A stretch of 64,000 bases of DNA from the human T2T-CHM13v2.0 reference genome, Homo sapiens: NCBI RefSeq assembly GCF_009914755.1, contig NC_060931.1; one strand, given 5' to 3'. The notes beneath the pieces are model-generated. The model saw only the letters and a program-made list of their open reading frames with translations, was not told where the DNA came from and did no database searches. The translations under genes and the position numbers were made by a program. Below are positions 54,478 to 64,000 of the stretch, piece by piece. The first letter of the stretch is position 1; the number at the start of each line of letters is the position of its first letter.

Positions 54478-57117
54478 GAGAAATTGGAGAAACAAAAACA
54501 AGACTAAGTCAGAAAGGTCATGCTCAGAGTTAAAGCATGCTAAAGTCCTTGTAGGAAGTGCAAATAGACACAGATTAATTATAAACTGTATTAAGCTGGA
54601 AAGGAAAGTACAAAATAAGATGGTAGGAATTAATCAAAATACATCAGCAATCTTAAAGACACAAAACATTTTTAAATAAAAGGGTAAAAAAATATATTGT
54701 GGCTATATTATTATCAGATAAAATAGACCTTCAAGTAAAAAAGCATAATTCGAGTTAGAGGATGACTACATAATGACAGAGTAACTCTCTAAATTACCAT
54801 CTACCAAATTTCACAATTCAAAATTGTATATAGTAAATATTAGCAGAGATTCCTGAATCATCGTGTGTGCTTTTGAGACACAGTGCTTGGCAATTCAGAA
54901 GTTAAATAGACAAAATCAAAAACGTATCTTCTCACAAAAAAACAGTAATACATAAAAAATGTTAAGACCACAACATACTTGAACTAATTGCTGTACGTAG
55001 AATAAAGCATGAAACAATTAGAGACAACAGAATTAAGCACATGTGACACTGACCATATAAGTATATAAGAGCCACATAATAAACTATAAAACTAGTGTTA
55101 ACCAATATGAAAGAAATATTTCATAATATGTGGGCCACGTTCTCTAATCACAATAAAGTTTAAAACCAGTGATGAAAACATTATGAAAAAGCTCATATAT
55201 TTAGAAATTTAAAAACAAACTTCTAAATAATACATCAAAATAGCATTCAAATGGATATTAGAAAACGTTAGAACTAAACAATTATGAAAAATTCTATATA
55301 TCAAAACATGGAATACAGATAAAATAGTGCAGAGAGAAGTTTATAGACTTTCAGAAGGGATGAAAATTAATAAAGTAATCATCAATGATTTAGAATAATA
55401 TTGAAAAAATAAATCCAGAAAGCAGAAAAAGAAGATAACAAAAATAAAAGCAAAAATTAACAAAACATAAGAATATGGAAAATTAATGAAACTACCTCTG
55501 TTCTTTGAAGCAGTTAAAATCTAGATGTCTCTGACAAATTAAGAAAAAAGGGATAGATACAATATCGGCAAATCACAAGAAAACAACTTCAGAAGGACTA
55601 GAATGATAGCAGAATGTTATAGACAACTTTTAATTATAATGACAACTTGGATAAAATGGGCACATTTCTAGAAAGTTATATTTTGCAAAAATTGACTTAT
55701 GAAAGAATTAGAAAACCTGTGCAGTCCTGAATCATTGAAATTAGTTAAACATTGAAGTTAAACTATCTTTTCACATAAAACTGAAGTCCACAGTTTTATA
55801 ATAAATTCTGCTAAATATATTTAATGAGCAAATATTCCAATTTAACATAAACTCTTCCAGAAAATAAAAAAAAAAAAGACACGTTCCTCTTTAAGTTGTT
55901 TAATGAGGCCATGATTGTTATCTTGATTCCAAAATCCAATACAAAATATTAGCAATCTAAATGTAGCAATGCATTAAACACACACACAAATTACTAAATT
56001 GACTTTATCCAAAAAATAAAAGGCTAATTAGCATCAAAACTATTAACATAAATTAACAAAATAATGACAACTTATAAAATCATCTCTTTTTGCAGATGAA
56101 AGTCAATATTCATTCACATTAGAAACTCTCAGTGAACGTGGAATAGAAGGAAATTCTCATAACTGGCAAAAGAGTAAATACAAAATTCTCAAAGGAGATA
56201 TCATATTCATTGGAGAGGTGGTAAAATCATTTTCTTTAAAGGAAGGAACAAAAGAAGGATGCCCACTATTACCATGCATATTCAACATTGAACTAAGGAT
56301 GGCAGAAACCACATAAAAAAAGAAAGAATAAGAAAAGAATAAACAAAATTCTCATTATTCGTAGAAGATATTATTGTTTACATAGAAAAACCAAAGAAGG
56401 CTACAGACAGATTACTCAAATGTATAAAAGAGCTTAGCTAAGTGACTAAGTGATGATATAAGATCAATACACAAAAGTTAACAAACAGAAAATGTCATTT
56501 GTAGAACCAAACATAGATAATTAGGGATTAATTTAACAAGAGATGATCAATCATTTCATGGAGAAATTTTTACATTTTGAAATATATTTTAAAAGATCTA
56601 AATTGAGAGATACACAATGTAATATTTTAAATATGCCAATTATCCCCAAATTAATATATAGGGTCAATGAAATTTCTTCCAGAAACCTAAACTGAATTTT
56701 CCTTGAAATTTGAGAGTGATTTAAAGATTTGGGTAGAAGTGGTAATGAGTCAAGACATAAAAAATGAAGTGTAACAACTTACCCTAGCAGATATCATGGC
56801 TTCTTTAGTGCAGAAATACACAAATAGACCAGTAGAAGTGAAGAGAGAGCCCAGAAATAGACAATGCTTATGGAGAAACAATATATGACAGATGCAGTAT
56901 TGCATCTCATACAAAAATCTGTTCTAAATGAATTAAACAATTCAATGTAAAAGTCAAATTTCAAAAAGTTTAGATGGCAAAGTAGGAAAATATCTTTATG
57001 ACTATCAAGTAGGAAAGGATTTAACAAGCAAAAAAAGAAAAAAAAAATGAGTTGATGAATTTGACTCCATTAATATTAAGAACTTCTAGTCAAAACACAC
57101 TAAAAATTGAGGGGGTA

Positions 57118-57273
57118 GGGAGGGAGAGCATTAGGACAAATATCTAATGCATGCAGGGCTTAAAACCTAGATGATGGGTTGATGAGTGCAATAAACCACC
57201 ATGGCACGTGTATACCTATGTAACAAACCTGCATGTTCTGCACATGTATCCCAGAAATTAAAATAATTTTTTT
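57118..57273 (+). mobile_element. Short L1PA8-like 3' end insertion
   Basis: gagagcattaggacaaatatctaatgcatgcagggcttaaaacctagatg; TSD tgagggggta (57108-57117, 57277-57286). Confidence 0.9.
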
Positions 57274-58469
57274 AAATGAGGGGGTAAATACACGCCACAA
57301 GTGAAAAGATGTACTTACAATCTGTATCACTGAAAAAATTTACTATTCAGAACTTGTCAATAACTCCTACTAAACAATTTTTAAACAGAAAATGGCACAA
57401 ATATGAATGGAAGAGAAAATACAAGTGGCCAATTAAAATGTGAAAACACAGTTAACCTCATCACGAAACAGGGAAACTAAAATTAAAAATATAACCAAGA
57501 ATAACTTTATATCTCTCAGTTTTGCAATTTTTTCAGAGGGAAAAATACCATGTGTTGAAAGTGTAAAACAGTGGGATCATTTATACTTTAATGGTGGGGA
57601 TATAGATTTGTATAATAGTTTTTGAAAAGAATTTGACATGATGCAGTAAATATGGAGATGCCCATCCTGTTGGAACTATGAATTTCACCCCTAGCCTAGA
57701 AAAACGTTCACACATGGCATAAAGAGACACAGACAAGAATGTTTGCAGCGTATTGTTTGTAAAGATTAAACCATATTAAACTGCTGTGAAACTACAAAAA
57801 CTGCAGTTTCATGTGGTTCAATGTAATAATAGCAACTGAGAACAACAAAGTTCATTTATAATCTATTCAGATAATATAAGTCATAAGCCACAGCTGCTCT
57901 GTTTATCATTAGAAAGCTCACAGAGCTATTGTGAGCAAAAGCAACAAACAAAACAAGCCACAGAAACAAACTAACAAGATGATAGAATTTACAGAAAATC
58001 AAAACATGCAAAACTGAACCGTATATTGTTTAGTTATGTATAAATTATAAAGAAACAAGAGAAAAGCAAAAATTTGATTGCCCTTATGTGAAGGAGGAGT
58101 TGGGAAGAGGAATACAAATTTATTTTAAAGGCATTGCTAATCTTAAGCTAAGCAGCACATATATTTTAAATATCATTTATATCTTATATACACATATTTT
58201 ATGTGGATTATCTATTTTAAAATCAATAATTGATTAAATATAGAAGAAGGTGAGGAAGTGGAGGCTAACAGTGCATGCTACTTTCTTTGTGGACACTTTG
58301 TATGAAAGGAAGAGACCAGAGAGAAGTAGCTGGAGTAGAAAACAGAATCGGAAAAGGTCTCTGTTTTCTGTCTGAGAGGAGTTTGAATGTGTTAACACAC
58401 TGAAAAGGTGAGGCTGACCGCAGAGGAGAAGAGGGTCCTTGATGGGTCAGGTGACTCAGTATATACAAG

Positions 58470-58975
58470 TGTGATGGTTAATTTTAGGTGTCAACTTGAT
58501 CGAGTTAGGGGAGGCCCAGATAGCCGGTAAAATACTATTTTTGGGTGTATCTGTGATGGCCTTTCCAGAAGAGATTAGCATTGAAATCAGTGGAGTGAGT
58601 AAAGAAGACCCACCCTCACTCAACATGGGCGGTCATAATCCAATCCAATGAGGGCCTGAAGAGAACAGAAAGGCAGAGGAGGGGCAAATTTGCTCCCTCT
58701 GCTTGAACCCGGCACCCACCTTGTCCCACCCTTGGGCACTGGTGGGAGCTCCTGGCTCTTGGACCTTCAGACTGCAGGACTTACACCAGCATCCCTGCCC
58801 CCACTCAGTTTTCAGGCCTTTGACTTTGGCCTGGGAGTTACACTATGGGCTCTCCTAGTTCTCTGGCCTTGAACTCAGACTGAATGATACCATTAGCTAC
58901 ACTGTGGGACTTCTCAGCCTCTAAAATCTTGTGAGCTAATAAATTCCCATAATAAATCTCCTCTCCTCTCTCTCA
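58470..58975 (+). mobile_element. MLT2B/C-like LTR, 3' terminus not recognisable
   Basis: tgtgatggttaattttaggtgtcaacttg...tttccagaagagattagcatt...aataaatctcctctc. Confidence 0.85.
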
Positions 58976-59049
58976 ATAGGAGAATATACATATTTAATTC
59001 ATAAGGAAACATATATATATGTTTCCTTGTGAATTAAAATTTCAATCAT

Positions 59050-59800
59050 CTGTTGAAACTAATCAGTAACAAAGCAAGTCAGGACAGTTGAGAGTGGTAG
59101 AAGTTTCAAGTAATTACAGTGAGGCTGGAGAAGAGAACGATTACAGAGCAGCAATAAGGGTTTGGATCGAGTTGGAGACCATGGGTATGCCATCACACCC
59201 ATTTGTTCCTTCTTGCCAGGTATGCCAAGCTTCTCAGGTGTAAGAGTATAGGAAAGGTCTGGATTGAGCTAAGCTTTGCATTTTTCTCGGCGGGTGCTAC
59301 AACAGGTGCACCCAGGCTCAAGTAAATGGATTCACAAGCCATGCGGTTTAGGCATTCTCAGGTCAAGGAAAGAAGACAAGAATGGGCAGAAGGACAGAAT
59401 GTAAACAGTAAAAATGTTGGTGGCCTTGATGTGGTCAAATAACTGGAGTGCTGGAAATAAGACAGTGGGAGAAATGTGGGGAGGATAAGGAAGGCACTAC
59501 CAAAAGTTTAAGAATCCAGGAAAGAAAACTAAGGCACTGATAAAGTCCAGGGTGAGGCCCTGATGCATATGGTGAGAGAGACCTGGTGTGCTGGTGCTGG
59601 AAGTGAAGCGATCAGGGAACTGTGAAGCAAGTTTGTTGGATGTCTGCATTGATATTGAAATTGGCCTGGAAAATGGTGGTGAGAAAGAAAATGATCTGAG
59701 GGCTAAGGTTCTTGATAAATGTGGAGTGACTGGGGTGTTGGTGAACAACAGCAAGGGAGGATGGTGGAAGGTGGTAACCAGATGGCAAGAGCCCCAAAAG
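59050..59800 (-). mobile_element. L2 ORF remnant including the endonuclease region
   Basis: Minus-strand translation AVVHQHPSHS...QANFNINAD corresponds to the L2 endonuclease IYRPP...GDFNIHVD motifs. Confidence 0.6.
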
Positions 59801-59812
59801 AAGAGAAGCTTT

Positions 59813-60247
59813 TGTCAGGCCTCTGAGCCCAAGCTAAGCCATCGTATCCCCTGTGACCTGCACATATACATCCAGATGACCTGAAGCAAGTGAAGAATCA
59901 CAAAAGAAGTGAAAATGGCCGGTTCCTGCCTTAACTCATGACATTCCACCATTGTGATTTGTTCCTGCCACACCGTAACTGAGCCATTAACCTTGGGAAA
60001 TTCCTTCTCCCGGCTCAGAAGCTCCCCCACTGAGCACCTTGTCACCCCCACCCCTGCCCACCAGAGAACAACCCCCTTTGACTGTGATTTTCCACCACCT
60101 ACCCAAATCCTATAAAACAGCCCCACCCCTATCTCCGTTTGCTGACTCTCTTTTCAGACTCAGCCTGCCTGCACCCAGGTGAAATAAACAGCCTTGTTGC
60201 TCACACAAAGTCTGTTTGGTGGTCTCTTCACATGGACGCACGTGACA
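59813..60247 (+). mobile_element. HERV-H 5' LTR (LTR7 family)
   Basis: tgtcaggcctctgagcccaagctaagccatc...cctataaaac...aaataaacagccttgttgctcacacaaag...gtgaca. Confidence 0.96.
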
Positions 60248-60376
60248 TTTGGGCAGGGGACCTCCCTTGAGAGATCGATCCCCTGTCCTCCCACTCTTTG
60301 CTCCATGAGAAAGATCCACCTACAACCTTGGGTCCTCAGACCAACCAGCCCAAGAAACATCTCACCAATGTTAAAT

Positions 60377-60385
60377 CGGGTAAGC
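60377..60385 (+). promoter_or_regulatory. HERV-H leader major splice donor
   Basis: CGG|GTAAGC about 130 bp after the LTR, where the HERV-H donor is expected. Confidence 0.7.
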
Positions 60386-60778
60386 GGCCTCTTTTTACTC
60401 TCTTCTCCAGCCTCTCTCACTATCCCTCAAACCTCTTTCTACTTTCAATCTTGGCACCATCCTTCAATCTCTCTCTTCTCTTAATTTCAATTCCTTTCCT
60501 TTTCTGGTAGAGACAGAGGAGACACGTTTTATCCGTGAACCCAAAACTCTGGCGCCAGTCACGGACTCAGGAAAACAGTCTTCCCTTGGAGTTTAATCAC
60601 TGCGGGAACACCTGCTTGATTACTCACCCATGTTTCAGAGGTGTCTGATCACCATGGGGAAGCCTGCCTTGATCCTTCACCTTTAGTGGCAAGCACCACT
60701 TTCCTGGGGGTCAATCACCCCCTACCCCTTCTCTCCGTGTCTCTATCCTCTCTTTTCTCTGGGCTTGCCTCCTTCCCT

Positions 60779-62068
60779 ATAGGAAAACTTCCACCCTCCA
60801 TTCCTCCTCCTTCTCCCTTAGCCTGTGTTCTCGAGAACTTAAAACCTCTTCAATTCACATCTGACCTAAAACCTAAACCCCTTATTTTCTTCTGCAATAC
60901 CACTTAACCCCAATACAAACTCCACAATGGTTCCAAATAGCCAGAAAATGGCACTTTCGATTTTTCCATCCTACAAGATCTATATAATTCTTTTTGTAAA
61001 ATGGGCAAATGCCTGACGTCCAGGCATTCTTTTACACGTGGGTCCCTCCCTAGTCTCTATTTCCAATGTGACTTGTCTCAAATCCTCCTTCTTTCCCTCC
61101 TGCCTGTCCCCTCAGTCCCAACCCCAAGCGTCACTGAGTCTTTTCAATCTTCCTTTTCTACTGACCCATCTGACCTCTCCCCTCCTCCCCAGACTGTTCC
61201 TCCTCAGGTCACTCCCTGCCAGGCCGAATCAGGCTCCAATTCCTCCTCAGCCTCTGCTCCCCAACCCTATAATCCTTCTATCACCTCCCCTCCTCACACC
61301 CAGTCCAGCTTACGTCTTATAGTTTCATTCCGCGACTAGCTTTCCCCAACCTGCCCAACAATTTCCTCTTAAAAAGGTGGCTGGAGCTAAAGGCATAGTC
61401 AAGGTTAATGCCCCTTTTTATTTATCCAACCTCTCCCAAATCAGTTAGCATTTAGGCTCTTTTTCATCAAATATAAAAACCCAGCCCAGTTCATGGCTTG
61501 TTTGGCAGCAACCCCGAGACGCTTTACAGCCCTAGATCCTGAAGGGTCAGAAAGCTGTCTTATTCTCAATATGCATTTTATTACCTAATCTTCTCCTGAC
61601 ATTAAATAAAGCTCCAAAAATTAGATTTTGGCCCTCAAACCCCACAACAGGACTTAATTAACCTCGCCTTCAAGGTGTACAATAATAGAGTAGAGACAGC
61701 CAAGTAGCAACATATTTCTGAGACTGCAATTCCTTGCCTCCACTGTGAGAGAAACCCCAGCCACATCTCCAGCACACAAGAATTTTAAAATGCCTAAGCC
61801 ACACATGCCTAAGCCACAATGGTCAAGCATTCCTACAGGACCTCCTCCATTAGGACCTTGCTTCAAGTGCCAGAAATCTGGCCACTGGGCCAAGGAATGT
61901 CTGCAGCCCGGGATTCCTCCTGTGCCATGTCCCACCCATGCAGAGACCCACTGGAAATCAGACTGTCCAGCTTGCCTAGCAGCCACTCCTAGAGCCCCTA
62001 AAGCTCCAGCCCAAGGTTCTCTAACTGACTCCTTCCCACATCTTCTCAGCTTAGCGGCTGATGACTGA
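60779..62068 (+). pseudogene. gag: HERV-H gag remnant
   Basis: (I)GKLPPSIPPPSPLACVLENLKPLQ with ATG changed to ATA; stops and frameshifts; NC zinc knuckle CFKCQKSGHWAKEC. Confidence 0.9.
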
Positions 62069-62490
62069 CCCTGCCTGATCTCCTTGGAAGCCTCCTGGAC
62101 CATAACAGATGCTTTGGGTAAATCTTAACAGTGGAGGGTAAGTCCACCCCCTTCTTGATCAGTATGGAGGCTACCCACTCTACATTGCATTCTTTTCAAG
62201 GGCCTATTTCCCTTGCCTCCATAACTGTTGTGGGTATTGATGGCCAGGCTTCAAAACCCCTTAAAACTCCCCCACTCTGGTGCCAACTTGGACAACATTC
62301 TTTTATGCACTCCTTTTTAGTTATCCCCACCTTCCCAGCTCCCTTATTAGGTCAAGACATTTTAACTAAATTATCTACTTCCCTGACTATGCCTAGGCTA
62401 CAGCCTCATCTCATTGCTGCCCTTTTCCCCAGTTCAAAGCCTCCTTTGCATCCTCCCCTTGTATCTCCCCACCTTAATCCACAAGTATAA
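62069..62490 (+). pseudogene. pro: HERV-H protease remnant
   Basis: VEGKSTPFLISMEATHS (DTG motif lost)...VVGIDG...PLLGQDILTKL. Confidence 0.85.
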
Positions 62491-64000
62491 GACACTCTAC
62501 TCCCTCCTTGGTGACCAATCATGCACCCCTTAGTATCCCATTAAAACCAAATCACCCTTACCCCACTCAATGCCAACATCCCATCCCACAGCACGCTTTA
62601 AAAGGATTAAAGCCCATTACCACTTGCCTGTTACAACATGGCTTTTTAAAGCCTATAAACTCTCCTTACAATACCCAATTTTACCTGTCCAAAAACCGGA
62701 CAAGCCTTACAAGTTAGTTCGGGATCTGCACCTTATCAACCAAATTGTCTTGCCTATCCACCCTGTGGTGCCAAACCCATATACTCTCCTATCCTCAATA
62801 CCTCCCTCTACAACCCCTCTATAACCCATTATTCTGTTCTGGATCTCAAACATGCTTTCTTTACTATTCCTTTGCACCCTTCATCCCAGCCTCTCTCTGC
62901 TTTCACTTGGACTGACCCTGACACCCATCAGGCTCAGCAAATTACCTGGGCTGTACTGCCGCAAGGCTTCACAGACAGCCCCCATTATTTCAGTCAAACC
63001 CAAATTTCTTCCTCATCTGTTACCTATCTTGGCATAATTCTTCATGAAAACACACGTTCTCTCCCTGCTGATTGTGTCCGGCTAATCTCCCAAACCCCAA
63101 CCCTTTCTACAGAACAACAACTCCTTTCCTTCCTAGGCATGGTTAGGTACTTCTGCCTTTAGATACCTAGTTTTACCATCCTGACTAAACCATTATATAA
63201 ACTCACAAAAAAAAAAAAAAAAAACTAGCTAACCCCATAGATCCTAAATCCTTTCCCCACTCCCCTTTCCATTCCTTAAAAACAGCCCTAGAAGCTGCTC
63301 CCATGCTAGTTCTCACTAACTCATCCCAACCCTTTTTATTACACATAGCCAGCGTACAGGGCTGTGTGGTCAAAATTCTTACACAAGAGCCCGGGACTGC
63401 GCCCTGTAGCCTTTCTGTCCAAACAACTTGACCTTACTGTTTTAGGCTGGCCATCGTGTCTCTGTGTGGCGGCTGCCACTGCCCTAATACTTTTAGAGGC
63501 CCTCAAAATCACAAACTATGCTCAACTCACTCTCTACAGTTCTCATAACTTCCAAAATCTATTTTCTTCCTCACACCTGATGCATATATTTTCTGCTCCC
63601 TGGCTCCTTCAGCTGTACTCACTCTTTGTTGAGTCTCCCACAGTTACCATTGTTCCTGGCCTGGACTTCAATCTGGCCTCCCACATTATTCCTGATACCA
63701 CACCTGACCCCCATGAATGTATCTCTCTGATCCACCTGACATTCACTCCATTTCCCCATATTTCCTTCTTTCCTGTTCCTCACCCTGATCACATTTGGTT
63801 TATTGACGGCAGTTCCACCAGGCCTAATCACCACTCACCAGCAAAGGCAGGCTATGCTATAGTATCTTCCACATCTATCATTGACGCTACCACTCTGTCC
63901 CCCTCCACTACCTCTCAGCAAGCCAAACTCATTGCCTTAACTCAAGCCCTCACTCTTGCAAAAGGACTGCACATCAATACTTATACTGACTCTAAATGTG
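62491..64000 (+). pseudogene. pol: HERV-H pol remnant (RT, tether, start of RNase H)
   Basis: PILPVQKPDKPYKLVRDLHLIN, LDLKHAFF, VLPQGFTDSPHYF, and RNase H WFIDGSS...AGYA...SQQAKLIALTQAL...YTDSK; frameshifted. Confidence 0.92.

Larger units (their letters stand above)
51860..58230 (+). mobile_element. Long ancient L1M/L1ME element (5' region, ORF1, ORF2 and 3' UTR remnants) with nested insertions
   Basis: A-rich strand with colinear L1 motifs (tctaatcacaat...aaa, aacttggataaaatgggcacatttctagaa, aaggatgcccactattacc, ttctcattattcgtagaagat). Confidence 0.75.
60248..64000 (+). mobile_element. HERV-H internal region; runs off the window
   Basis: Leader, gag, pro and pol remnants in the expected order directly after LTR7. 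Confidence 0.96.

Overview
Primate (catarrhine, probably human) genomic DNA: AT-rich, CpG-poor and dominated by transposable elements. It carries many Alus (J, S and Y types), L1 fragments of several ages, L2, MIR, hAT and Tigger DNA-transposon fossils, and numerous LTRs. Those include a complete THE1B element (39257-41510) and the 5' part of a defective HERV-H provirus (LTR7-gag-pro-pol, 59813 to the window end). I recognise no intact host protein-coding gene, tRNA or rRNA; the ORF track is almost all spurious apart from L1 ORF2, L2 endonuclease and HERV-H remnants. I cannot support a new biological system from the sequence alone. The best leads are: a CpG-rich, motif-dense solo LTR that I cannot assign to a family (8124-8469); a CArG/SOX-dimer/C/EBP cluster just upstream of a possible + strand spliced lncRNA (20.2-22.7 kb); an unassigned TG...CA insert splitting an L2; a 46-bp palindrome upstream of LTR7; and loss of the HERV-H primer-binding site. 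Family names come from my recall of consensus sequences rather than a search, and boundaries without a stated TSD are approximate.
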